Shown here: in pieces, positions 15,474-28,706 of the stretch
Layout: each line of letters starts with the position of its first letter
Position numbering within the stretch: the stretch's first letter is position 1
NCBI GenBank assembly: GCA_012295275.1
Contig: CM022676.1
Coordinates: 15,934,001 to 15,998,000 of the forward strand
Source: Chrysomallon squamiferum
Taxonomy: Eukaryota > Animalia > Mollusca
Length of the DNA: 64,000 nucleotides
Direction: 5' to 3'
The notes under the pieces: generated by a model
Seen by the model: only the letters and a program-made list of their open reading frames with translations
What the model was told of the DNA's origin: nothing
The model's database searches: none
Program-made: the position numbers and the translations under genes

Positions 15474-17044
15474 ATGTGTTCAAAATACGGAGTAAATGAT
15501 TCTTACCTTGAGGACATACAGGAAAAGGACGATGAAACATTGCAGTTTGAACTGAATAAACCGAAGGATGATGATGAAACACAGCTGTTTGATCATAAAA
15601 AATTGAAGGAGAAGAATGATGAAGGACTGCTGCTTGAACTGAACGAATTGAAGGAGAAAGACAATGAAAAACTGTTGTATAAACTCAAGGATCGAAAAAA
15701 AACAGTTTTTCAGACTTCTGACTCGAAGAAGACTTTCGTCAAGTGATGTGTGTTTGATACCAAAATTACTAGCAAAGTGGTGCAGTTGCGAACTACACAC
15801 AGAACAAGTATTTAACCTTCTACTTGATGTCGAGAGATCGCTGTTTTTAGAACGCACCGTTCCGCCACTGTTGAGGGAGATATCTGCTGATTGTTCAGTA
15901 GCTGCTGAGAAAATGTCTCTTCCATTTATAGCCGATGTTCTTGACCTGCTTGTACAGTTATCACTGCGGTTGCCTCATACCATCGCTGAGGTTGCACGAG
16001 TTAACTCCCTTGTAGACGACGCCGTGGCTAGTTTAAGAAAACGTGGGTTGTCTGTCCCTGAGGGAAGATTTCATTCAGCAGTTGTACGAAGCTATTCATG
16101 AATATGTGTCGTTTGACAACCTTCCAGATAAGAATGTTTCTCTCCGCACGTATAAAGGTGTCAAAATTCAAAAATGCAAAGTTCGTGCATACTGTGGCAT
16201 TTGACACAAGGAAACTGAAAGACATCCAGTGGGAGTACACGAAACGACTGAAATATGGTGCTCTGGTGTGTCTGTCGAGCAACTGTTTCAAAACGTTTAT
16301 CATTGCAACTGTTGAATCGGGGCCTGCAAAGCATCACAACAATGTAGTCACAGTTGACATTTTTGAACAGCATGTTGTAGGCATCACGTGAATCGATATG
16401 ACGAAGCCGATGGTGATGTTGGAAACACCGGCTTACTTTGAAGCGTATCGCTACGTCTTGTCGTCTCTGCAGAATATTAACAAACTTGCGTTCGAGGAAC
16501 ACATTGTACACTGTACAACTGAAGTGAAACAGCCAGCCTATCTGAGAGACAAAGAAAATGTCCACTATCAATTCCAGAAAAAGACTAAGACAGCTCAGGT
16601 TACAAAACAGAGAAATATGATTAAAATTTCGTCCACGATACCTCTGACTACCCGACGACAAGTATTTTCAGGTATTTTCAGTGAAGAAGCAGACGATGAG
16701 GATGAGACCCACAATGGCGTTCCTGTTCTGAATCTGAACAAGTGGACCCAGCCAGAGACTCAGAAACCGGAGGCGGCTCAGTTCAAGGCGTTTCAACAAG
16801 TCTTGACCAAAGAATTTGTCCTCATTCAGGGCCCTCCAGGAACGGGAAAAACATACATAGGACTAAACATAATAGAAGCTTTATTAAGAAACAGAGAAAC
16901 CTGGAAAGGAGACGGAGAAGATCCCATTTTAGTTCTGTGTTATACGAATCACGCCTTGGACCAATTCCTTGAAGGAATCCTCGAGTTTGAGAAAGAAAAT
17001 CTCGTTCGTGTTGGAAAAAGAATTTAGAATGAAAATGTTAAAAG
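15474..17044 (+). pseudogene. ZNFX1: ZNFX1-like (NFX1-type zinc finger-containing protein 1, UPF1-like SF1 helicase) pseudogene, large N-terminal exon
   Basis: Family motifs across frames: LREDF (16058), FDTRKLKDIQWEYTKRLKYGALVCLS, MLETPAYFEAYRYVL, Walker A IQGPPGTGKT, PILVLCYTNHALDQFLEGI, LVRVG. Lesions: frameshifts, in-frame TGA 16389-16391, TAG 17025-17027. Donor aag|gtatga at 17045. Confidence 0.9.
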
Positions 17045-17250
17045 GTATGAAATCAAGGAAATGCGAACGACGTTTTACATTTTGTTCTGTTGCCTTCGAC
17101 CTAGTAACTTTTACGTTCAATGATGGTTCAGTCCGTATATCCAGCTATTCCATAGGATTAGAAATAAAAAAAATAAAAAATAAAAACATAAAACGTTTTT
17201 AAAAAACACCATGACAGAAATCATAATTCTAGAATCATATTTCTGTTTCA

Positions 17251-19099
17251 GGTCATATCTATTTTGACTATTTCTGGAAGAATGCAGAGTGCGAAAGCTG
17301 TTCCAGTACAAACAAAAAAATTAAAAAAATGTGACGTCCTCCGAAATGACGTCCAGCAGAGATGCTAACAGTAGGTCGTCAGACAGTGAAACTAAGAAAA
17401 GGACGTCAGATAGAGATAATAAGACTTGGATGTCAGACAGAAATACTAATAGAATGGCGAGGGACAGAGATACTGACGACAGTCGTCATATACAGATACA
17501 CAGAGAAGGGCTTCAGATAGATATACTAACAGTTGGGCGTCAGACTGATATAGTAACAGTAGGGATTCAGACACATATACTAACAGTAGGGCGTCAGAGA
17601 GATATACTAACAGTAGCGGATCAGACAGAGATATTTTCAGATGGACGTCAGACAGATACACTAGCAGTAGCGGATCAGACAGAGATATTTTCAGGTGGAC
17701 GTCAGACAGAGGTGGTAGCAGAAGGGTTTCAGATCGACATCTTGACAGCGAGGTGTCAGACAACCATACTAACAGAAAGACATCAGACAAATGTACCAAC
17801 AGAAGAACGTCAGATAGACATACCAACATATGGACGTCAGAGAGATATACTAATTGTAGGGTGACAGACACAGAGAGTAAGAGAAGGACGACAGAGAGAG
17901 ATACTAACAGCATGGCGACAGACAAAGATAGTAACAGAAGGACGACAAAGAGAGATACTAATAGCAGGGCGACAGACAGAGATAGTAACAGAAGGACGTC
18001 AGAGAGATATACTAACAGTAGGGTGACAGACAAAGATAGTAACAGAAGGACGTCATAGAGAGATATTAACAGTAGGGTGACAGACAAAGATAGTAACAGA
18101 AGGACGTCAGAGAGAGATACTAATAGCAGAGCGGCAGAAAAAGATAGTAATAGTAGGGCGACAGTCAAAGATAGTTGCAGAAGGTCGTGAGATCGACATC
18201 CTGACAGTGAAGTGTTATTCAGAACGGCATGACAGAAAGCTACTAATAGAGGGCGTCAGCGGGAGATATCAACATAAGATAGTTAGACAGAAATAGTAAC
18301 AGATGGACGTCAGAGAAAGATAGTAACAGTAGGCTGGTAGACAAAGACAGCAACACAAGGACATCAGATAAATGTACTAAACGAAGGGCGTCAGAAGGAT
18401 TTGCCAGCAGTAAGCTGTCAGATAGAGAGTCATCCACAGTGGAGGCTGAAATCACACTTTCAGATATTCAGATGGAAAAATCACACGGAACACGTTCAGA
18501 CACCAATTACACAACAACGGAAAAAGACAAGAATATTTGTAGAACAAATCAAAACAACAATAATCCCCCAAATAATTCCAAAGCATACACAGAAAGAGAT
18601 TTTACGAAAGCAAATACGGAGAAAGATCATCTGAGAAGAAAATCCGAGAGCGATTATCCAAGAGCAGATAAAGACAGATATAATCATAAAACAAAGAGAG
18701 ACGAGTATTTTCAGAATACAAATAAAGAGAAAAATGATCCCAGATAAATTAAAAAGAGGGATTCTCCTAGAACAAAATTTCACATCGATTACCGAGGAGA
18801 AAAGAGATTCAAGAATTATCCCATAGGAACTAAAGCCAAGGATTATATTAGACCAAAAACGTGCACCTATTATCGAGGAGGAGACAAATTGAATGATCAT
18901 CCGAAAATTACATCAGAACTAGATTATCGCGAAACTAACACAGATAGGGATCATGTCCAGGGAAATTCAGACAGTATCTCCAGACTCGATTCGACTGATA
19001 CAGACTCCACTGTGACGGGACAAAGAAAAGAAACATTTAACAGTGACAGAAGAAGTGGTCACCAAATGAGCAGAGAAAAATAAAGAAGAAAAAAAACAA
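17251..19099 (+). pseudogene. Probable decayed next exon of the ZNFX1-like gene, encoding a long 9-aa-repeat hydrophilic region
   Basis: Acceptor ttctgtttcag at ~17251 and candidate donor caa|gtaatc at ~19100. 18439-19083 stays in one frame with one internal TAA (18745-18747) and keeps 9-aa periodicity. Confidence 0.5.
17335..18430 (+). repeat. 27-bp minisatellite (54-bp dimer), ~40 units, encoding 9-aa R/S/T/D/N-rich repeats
   Basis: Alternating agagagatatactaacagtagggtgac / agacaaagatagtaacagaaggacgtc; translation RRTSERYTN-SRVTDKDSN. Confidence 0.9.
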
Positions 19100-19529
19100 G
19101 TAATCACAATTATCAATTTCTTTTAATATATACATCCATTTTACGTAAAACATGTACACCCAATCACCACAGATACCTACTTACATATTTGATAATTTAT
19201 TTTGTGGTTCTCAACCAGTCAGGGTTAAAAACAATGTATTTATTATTATTTTAAAGAGATGTTCAAAGTAAGGATTTTAACAGAAAATAAATATGTGCCT
19301 GGTCAATTTCTTCTTAAAACAACCATACAAAAACTGAAGAGAAGACTGGAACGAGTATAGTGATGAAGTCGGTGACGATGATGTTGATAATATTGCTGCT
19401 GCTGATATATATATATATATAAAATAATACGGTTTTCGTTTGAAGATGCACTGTATATTTAATAATAACTTTTTGCTTAAAGATGCACTGCATTTTTTCA
19501 TCTTTAAGTTTGTATAAAATTGCAATGCA

Positions 19530-22500
19530 TATTTCTAACAGCACCTTTCTGTTTATATATATATAATTCTATTAACATATTTTTGTTTAAAGTACAATTC
19601 TACTAACACATTTTCGTTATAATTCGAACTGTATAAACTATATGTTTTTGTTTAAAGTTTTTTTTTTATTTTCTAAAAAATGCATATTTGTTTAAAGTTT
19701 AACAGTATTTCAATAAAACGTTTGTCTTTAACTTTAACCTGCATTTTCCTAAATAATATCTTGTATAAAAACTGTCACTGTATAAAAATAATTTTTTTTT
19801 AAAGTATATCATTTCTAATACATCGTTTTTGTTTAACAAACCTGTGTATTCTTGTTGATTGTTTTGTTTAAAAGTTTCACTATGTATTTTTTAATAATAT
19901 ATTTTTGTTTAATTCAAAAATGGACCTGTATGATTTTTTTGATCTTTAACGTTTCACTGATAATTCTATATACACTATATGTTTGTTTGACGTTTTTTTT
20001 TTTTCTACCAGTACAGTTTTGTTCCAAATTATCTTGTATAGTTTCTAATAAAACATTTTTGTTTAAAGTTATCATCTACATTTTCCAATTATATGTGATT
20101 TGGAAAATTCTTCCTCTCTAGTTAAAAATGGACCTTTATTTTTTTGATAATGCATTTTTTTTAAAGTTTTCCTGTATGTTCTCATAAATCGTTTTTGTTT
20201 CATAGTTACCCTCTAGTAATACTTTTTTCTTTTTTTTAAAGTTTTCCTATATGTTTTCTAGTAAATCTTTTTGTTTAATATTACCCTGTATATTTTCTAA
20301 CAACTCGTGTTTTGTTTAATATTACCCTTCGTATTTTCTAATAATAAATTTTTGTTTAAGTTTCACAGTATATTTTTAATAATACGTATCTGTTTAAAGT
20401 AACCTCTATATTTTCTATTTGTTAACGTTATCAATTACATATTGCTTATAATAATGTTTTGTTTAAAGTTTTACTGTATATCTTTAATAATACGTTTTTG
20501 TTTAAAGTTATCCTGTATATTTTCTAATAATACGTTTTTGTTTAACATTAACCTGTATATTTTCTAACAACTCGTGTTTTGTTTAAAGTTATCACGTATA
20601 TTTTCGAATGACACTTTGTTGTTTAAAGCTACCCTGTATATATTCTTAATAATATGTTTTTGTTTAAAGTTTCACTCTATATTGTAATAATACACTTTTG
20701 TTTAAAGTTACCCTATGTATTCTCTAATAATACGTTTTTGTTTACAGTTATCCTATATATTTTCTAATAATACATTTTTTGTTCAAGTTTCACTGTATAT
20801 TTCTAATAATATGCTTTTGCTTAAAGTTATCCTGTATATTTTCTAATAATACGTTTGTGTTTAACATTAACCTGTATATTTTCTAATAATACGTTTTCGT
20901 TTAACGTGTCAGTGTATATTTCTAGTAAATCGTTTTTGTTTAATATTACCCATGTATATGTTGTAACAACTCGTATTTTGTTTAAAGTTATCCTCTGTAT
21001 TTTCTAATAATATATTTTTGTTCAAGTTTCACTGTATATTTCTAATAATATGCTTTTGTTTAAAGTTAACCTATATATTCTCTAATAATATGTTTTTGTC
21101 TAAAGATATCGTGTAGATTTTCGAATAATACGTTTTTTTTTTTGTTGTTGTTGTTTTTAACGTTATCAATTATATATTCATTATACTACTTTTTGTTTAA
21201 AGTTACCCTGAATGTTCTGTAATAATACAAGTCTGTTTAAAGTTATCATCTATATTTTCTAATTATAGATGATTTCTAAAAATTTGTCCTCTATATTTTA
21301 GAATAATAGGTGTTTGTTTAAATTTGTCCTGTATATTGTTTGATAATGTATATTTGTTTAAAGTTTCAGTGTATATTTCTAGTAAAACGTTTGTGTTTAA
21401 CGTTAACTTGTATATTTCCTAATAATCCGTTTTTGTATAAAGTTTCACTGTATAACTGTAATAATAAGTTCTTGTTTAAAGTTACACTATATATTTTCTA
21501 ATAATACATTTTTGTTTAAAGATATCCTGTATATTTTCTAATAATCCGTTTTTATTTAAAGTATCGCTGTATATTTCTAATACATCGTTCTCGTTTAACA
21601 TTAATCCGTATATTTTCCAACAACTCATGTTTTGTTTAAATTTATCACGTTTATTTTCGAATAATACGTTCTTGTTTAAAGTTACCCTGTATATATTCCT
21701 TTTAATTATCCTGTTGTTTAAAGTTATCCTGTATGTTTTCTAATTGTACTTGTTTTGTTCAATTTTTTTTTGTTTTTCAAATACTTTTTGTTTAAAACTG
21801 TCAGTGTATAATTCTAGTAAATCGTTTTTCTTTAAAGTTATCCTATATTTTCTAATAAATCGTTTTCGTCGAACGATATCCTCTGTATTTTCTAATACGT
21901 GTTTTGTTTAAAGTTACTCAGTATATATTCCTAATAATACTTCTAATACGTTTTTTGTTTAAAGTTACCCTGTATATTTTCTAATAATACTTCTTTGTTT
22001 AAAAGTTACCCTGTTTTATTAAAGTTACCCTGAATATTCTGTAGTAATACTGTGTTTAAAGTTTCATCTATATTTTCTAATTATAGGTGTTTCTAAAAAA
22101 ATTTTATTTTCGAATAATAGGTGTATTGTTTAAAGTTGTCCTGTATATTGTTTGATAATGTATATTTGTTTAAAGTTTTCAGTGTATATTTCTAGTAAAA
22201 CGTTTGTGTTTAACGTTTTTATTTAAAATCCGTTTTTGTATAAAGTTTCACCCTGTATAATTTCTTGTTTAAAGTAATACGTTTTTTGTTTAAAGTTACC
22301 CTATCCTGTATTTTCTAATAATACCTTTTTATTTAAAGATATCCTGTATGTTTTCTAATAATAAATTTATCACGTTTTTTCGAATAATACGTTCTTTTTA
22401 AAGTTAAAGTTATCCTGTATGTTTTCTAATTGTTCTAATAATACGTGTTTTATTAAAGTTGTTTTGTTCAATTTTTTTTTATGTTTTTCAAATACTTTTT

Positions 22501-23470
22501 GTTTAAAACTGTCAGTGTATAATTCTAGTAAATCGTTTTTCTTTAAAGTTATCCTATATTTTCTAATAAATCGTTTTCGTCGAACGATATCCTCTGTATT
22601 TTCTAATAATACGTGTTTTGTTTAAAGTTACTCAGTATATATTCCTAATAATACTTCTTTGTTTAAAGTTACCCTGTATATTTTCTAATAATACGTTTTT
22701 GTTTAAAGTTACCCTAAATATTCTGTAGTAATACTTATGTGTTTAAAATTACCATGCATATTTTCTAATAATACCTTTTTGTTTAAAGTGTTAGTGTATA
22801 TTTCTAGTAAATTGTTTTTGTTCAATATTACCCTGTATATTTTCTGACAATTCGTGTTTTGTTTAAGGTTACCCTGTATACTTTCTAATAATACATTTTT
22901 GTTTAAGTCTCTCCCTATATTTCTAATGATGTGTTTTCCTTTAAACTTATGCTGTATATTTTCTTATAATACATCTTTGCTTAAAGTTAACCTGTATATT
23001 CTCTAATAATATGTTTTTGTCTAAAGATATCTTTCAAATTTTCTGATAATACGTTTGTGTTTAAATTCACCATGTATATTTTTTAATAATACGTTGTTGT
23101 TTAAAACTATCCTACATTTTCTAATAATACATTTTTGCTTAAAGCTGCACTATATATTTCTCATAAATCTTTGTCTAACGTTATTTTCTGATATTTTAGG
23201 GATATTTTCTGATAATAGTACGTGTTTTGTTTAACGTTATGCAATATATATTCCTAATAACGTTTTTGTGTAAAGTTTTACTGTATATTTCTAATAATGC
23301 TTATATGTTTAAAGTTACCCTATATATTTCTTAAATATACGTTACTTGTTTAAAGTCACCTGTATATTTTTGAATAATACTTTTTGCTGAGAGTTTCACT
23401 GTATATTTCTAATAAATCTTTTTTGTTTAACGTTACCCTGCATATTTTCAAACAAATCGTTTTTATTATT

Positions 23471-23505
<35 letters not shown>

Positions 23506-24150
23506 ATCCAGTATATTTTCCAGTAATAATTTTTTGTTTAAAACTTCACTCTATATTTCTAATAAATACTTTTTGTTTAATATTACCCTGTACATTTTCT
23601 AATAATACGTATTTTGTTTAACGTTATCCAGTGTATATTCCTAATAACACGTTTTTCTTTAAAGCTTTACTCTATATTTCTTATAATATATTTCTTATAA
23701 TACATGCTTGTTTAAAGAAATCCTGTATGTTTTCTAATGATCTGTTTTTGATTAAAGTTGCCTACATATTTTCGAATAATACGTTTTTGTTTAAAGTTTC
23801 ATTGTATATTTCTAATAAATCTTTTTTGTTTAACTTTACCCTCTATATTTTCAGCAATTCTTGTTTTCTTTTTTATTATTATAATTTTTGTTTATGTTTT
23901 TTATGTTGTCCAGTATATTTTCTGATAATACGTTTTTCTTTAAAGTTTCACTGTACATATCTGAAAAAAAAAAACGTTTTTGTTTAAAGTTATTCTGTAT
24001 ATCTCTAATTATACGTTTTATTTAGTTACATTTTATATTTCTAATAATACGTTTTTGCTCAATTATACTCTTTCTATTCACAATAAAAAATATATATATT
24101 TTCACGTTTCATTGTTTATTCTTGGTAAAATGTTTTGTTTAAACTTCCAT
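19530..24150 (+). repeat. AT-rich satellite, 39-40 bp monomer, ~4.6 kb
   Basis: Consensus gtttaaagttaccctgtatattttctaataatacgttttt (period 40 at 22661/22701) alternates with a gtttaaagtttcactgtatatttctaataa variant. Edges are degenerate. Confidence 0.95.
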
Positions 24151-24899
24151 TGCACATTTAAAATCATACGTTATTGTTTTATTTTATTTTATTTTTTTAT
24201 TAATGTTTTAATTTATTATGCATCTTTACAACGAAATGTGACATACCATGTTGCGTGGTAATAAACATCAAACCTATATTAGTACTGTTCCCCGATTGCC
24301 TGACATAAACTGTACCGATTGGTGATATCACAAATAACATCAAAGCTGACTGGATGATTTTATGTTCTTAGTTTCATGTTAGTAAGTAACATTTTTTAAA
24401 TTTTTTTAAATTTTATTATTTTTATTTTTTTTTATTTTTTTTTCCGCTCACGGGCAATGCCTCACTGGACAAAAAGTTACCAACAAGATGACAAATAAGA
24501 CAACTGTTCACCTTTATGTTTTTATTTCATAAATTTGTATTTCTTATTTTATTAATTAAAAAAAAAAAATGATTCATAGAAAAAAAAAAAAAAATCGTAT
24601 TAATTACACAATTCACTGAATTAAAGTTTTGAAATTCCAATGATCATTTGTTTAAGAAGGGTTTTGCTTCTCAATGGGAAAGCTAATGAATACAGGCCTG
24701 AAGATAAAACACTGTAAGATATATCGCTAAAATGGGAAGTCGATCAAAAATAATCGCTCTAGAGTATTTTATACATTTATAAAGAATTATCGTTTATTGA
24801 ACATATCGTCTAATGTTCATATGCATTTTCCAAACGATTGCGAGAGAGCTATTTTAAATTTTAGAAGCCATCTTCTCCAATTTAAGTGTATTTTATTAT

Positions 24900-25330
24900 T
24901 AAACTAGAAATATTACAGACTTTGAACATTTTATATTTTGAGGTCATTTCAAGGTGCCGTGGGTAACAAAGTCAAATTCATGATCAAACAAAAGTTTAAA
25001 ATGATATAAAATTTAATTGTACACGGTAAGGAAATAATGGCGCATTTCTAATTGCTGTGAAATTAGCTTTCCAACGAAACTGTTTCACCCAGATCTTCTC
25101 ACTGATTAAATAGATATCAGGGTTTGAAAACTGGCAGGCATGCTCCATTTGGCAAAAATGTCAAAATTCGAGGGCTAATAATATAAAGCAAATATTTTAA
25201 AATTTCATCAAATATGTATCAAATGTTATCAGTGATTTTTTTGTTTTTTCTTGACGCTGTTTTAACTATAATTTAGTTCACATTCTTCATTTCAGAATAT
25301 AATTTTATGTTTCGCTGATTCCGTCGTATA
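24900..25330 (+). repeat. Dispersed repeat module (gaggtcatttcaag...aacaaagtcaaat), possibly a non-autonomous TE remnant
   Basis: Related copies at ~6080-6460, ~28230-28530, ~52020-52320 and ~59600-59990. No TIR or TSD resolved. Confidence 0.6.
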
Positions 25331-25482
25331 AAGAAAGTGAACAATAATACAAAGAAATTCAAACAATGTTATTCTTGGATCTGTGCTACGATGTGCTCTT
25401 GTAAACAAATATAATAGTCGGATGAATATCAGATTTATTCGATAATTTATTATATGTTCGTTTTTTTCTTCTTCTTCTTCTT

Positions 25483-25515
<33 letters not shown>

Positions 25516-25752
25516 GATTATTTCACGCTTAATAACTATAAACATAAACAAAATAATATATCCTATCTGAAACAAGTAAATAAATCTAAAGATATGGAAT
25601 GAAAAACGTTTCTTATTTTAAAACTAAACAGATTAATTTGTCTCTATCAAACGCAACTACTTTGATTTTGTATATTTGTAGTATTATTTTAGATACAACT
25701 ATTTCACAATTCATAAAGAGACATATAGAGAACATAAAAAGTGGTAGTTGAA

Positions 25753-26160
25753 TCGATTGTTTGTCGGAGTCTAAACAAATACTAGCTAAGTTAATCCAAT
25801 AGTTGACAATTAAGTAAAGGGTAGGCAGACATTAAGTATATTAAAATGTATCGATTGTTTGTCGCAGTCTAAACAAATACTAGCTAAGTTAATCCAAGAG
25901 TTGACAATTAAGTAAAGAATAGGCAGACTATTAAGTTATTAAAATGTTTTTATTTGTTTGTCTGGAGTCTAAACAAATACTTTACTAAGTTAATCCAAGA
26001 GTTGACAATTAAGTAAAGGGTAGGCAGACATTAAGTATATTAAAATGTATCGATTGTTTGTCGCAGTCTAAACAAATGCTAGCTAAGTTAATCCAAGAGT
26101 TGACAATTAAGTAAAGGGTAGGCAGACATTAAGTATATTAAAATGTATCGACTGTTCGTC
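25753..26160 (+). repeat. Tandem repeat, ~98 bp x 4
   Basis: tcgattgtttgtcg-agtctaaacaaatactagctaagttaatccaa-agttgacaattaagtaaagggtaggcagacattaagtatattaaaatgta starts at ~25753, 25850, 25949 and 26049. Confidence 0.95.
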
Positions 26161-26873
26161 TATGCTAAACACGTAACAGTCGTATGCACTTGTGCAACAC
26201 ATTTTTGAAGGTTCGTTTGTAAGTGAATAGAATCAGGACTGATGAGATTTATAACTGTTTTCTTATTTTTTCTTCTGGAAACTGGTTAGTTTCGTACTTT
26301 ACGGTATTGATGATTCTGTACAGAGGAAATAAGACGAAATAGCATATTAACTTCTAATTCAAATAGAAGTCGGGAAAAAACCTCAGAGTTGTTTGAAACA
26401 AACTTTCATTATTTACAATAATTACTAATATTTGAAATACGCTGATTTCTTATAGATTCTTTTTGATAGATTCTCAAACTGCCCCAGACTACCCCGGGCT
26501 GCAGCAGGTTGGGTCACCTTGGGAGAGCAAAGGATTAAAAACAAGAGAAATGCTCTCAAATAAGAAACAAAAATCTGATTTATTTCAAAATAACTTAGGA
26601 TGCAACTAATAAACATTTAAGTAAAATAAAAAATAAAAATTATTAAAAAGAAACATAATGAAAGCAAAACGAAAATATTTATTGTCTTACTATAACCTGG
26701 CACAAAAGCATGCGTGTAAAGTGACAAGCATTTTTTTTAAAGTTACTAATTATCACTTTTAATATAATATTTATTTATTTATTTATAAATTGTTTTATGT
26801 AATTATGTTATTTTATTGCTTTTCCAATAACAAAGGCAAAAATAAAATTACTAATACTAATAATAAAATTAAA

Positions 26874-26924
<51 letters not shown>

Positions 26925-27429
26925 ACATAAATGTAAAAGATAAAGGCCTTAGCATGGATTGGTCAGTTTTGAGACAGCTTGAAATAATCTATTATAGGCA
27001 AGATAAATACTCTCAAATAAGTAAAAAACAAGAATATACAATCATAGCCAGAGATACACCGTCTAATAAAACCATTGTGGGTGATTTCCATCCCAAGTTC
27101 GCCCATGTAGTTGGAAATGTCTTCTCATTTTGTTCAACAACAACAACAACAACAACAATACAGATAATCAGATACATTTAAATCTTTGAAAGTTAATTTC
27201 TTCATCGTCTTCCTCTTTCTCAAACACTATCAAATATTAACTAAGATACAGAATACAGTGGCCCAACTCACACTTAACAGGAATGTATCCTTTCGCTGAA
27301 CCCAGAGGTAAAAGAATACAACATATAACAAACATTATACTATAGATAATACAAATAATACAAATATGTCTTAGAGTCAAAAAGTCCGCACTTACAAAAC
27401 AAAAGAAACAAAAACAAAATTTTCATAAC

Positions 27430-27481
<52 letters not shown>

Positions 27482-27639
27482 TAATAACAATAATAATATT
27501 GATACCAAAATTTGAAAGCAGAAATGTTTTATTGAAGTATTTTTATATCGGCACCAAGCACCACAGCAACAACAATAATAATTAAAAAAGAAAATAATGA
27601 TAATAAATATGTCATATAATTATCATCTCTTTAAACTGT

Positions 27640-28659
27640 TTTATTGTCGTTGAACGCTTTCCAAATGAGAACGTTTTATTTGATTTTTTTTTTCAGTGTA
27701 ATAATCTCGTTAACAAAAACGTCGTCTGCTCATGAGAACGTGACTGACGTCATATATCTTACAAGTCACGGTACTTGGTTGTCAGGTGTCACTTTACACG
27801 TGTCAAAGTCAGATAAAAAGTATAAAGAAGCCGTGCTACTTATTACCGGTAAATAAACACACTTATACTGCTTATTTGTTTGATAGTCAGTCATATTTTG
27901 TAATTTTTCAAATTTATTTTATTCGATGGCGATGTAATTTAACATGCACAGTCAGAAACAGTAAGAAAGATACAACTAGAGGACCAGATGTAATACTCTT
28001 AAGAATAAACAACAAGAACTCAGCTGCCGAAAGAAACCCCGCAAATTAAAACCTATATCTTCATACTCTTAGTTTTTAACCTTATTACAGCCTTCTGCAT
28101 TTCTGAACAATTCAATCTCTAAAAGTAAGAAAATGAACATTTTGTTGTCAGCATGTCCATTTTAAGTGTATTTTACTAATAAACTCCAAATATTACATCT
28201 TGTGTTGTAAATAACAATTTGAATTTTAATTTTCATTTAAGGTCACTTCAACGTCAAACAAAAGTTGCAAAAGTTGCAAAATGTAGTTGCACGTCCTAGT
28301 GGCACATTTGGGATCCTTAGCAAATTATCTTTCTAACAAAACATTGTCATCAAACTTTACCTACTCATTACCAAAGTATCCATCTGGAAATAGTGGCAAT
28401 TGTGCACATTTGTGTCAATATTTAAAAATTCGAGAGCGAATAGTATTGAGCCTGTGCTATCAATATCATCTAACATACATACTCTCTGCTGTGAATCTTT
28501 TGTCTACGCAGACTTAGCCATTATTCAATACACGGTCTTCATAATTCCATGCCTTACTGATTCACAGTTTTAAATAAAATACATTTAACGTAGCAGCTAT
28601 TCTTGCCGTTTTGCTGTATATTGTTTTATTTTATTTTTTAAGTAATAGTCAGTACGCTA

Positions 28660-28706
<47 letters not shown>

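Noticed and set aside
16389-16391. Selenocysteine or readthrough TGA in the ZNFX1-like frame
   Set aside because: Other frameshifts, a TAG and a deletion indicate ordinary pseudogene decay.
17446-18168. 240-aa Leu-rich membrane-like ORF on the minus strand
   Set aside because: It is the antisense reading of the 27-bp minisatellite.
19530-24150. CRISPR-like array of ~40 bp repeats
   Set aside because: Monomers are head-to-tail and degenerate with no unique spacers, there are no cas genes, and the context is eukaryotic. It is a satellite.
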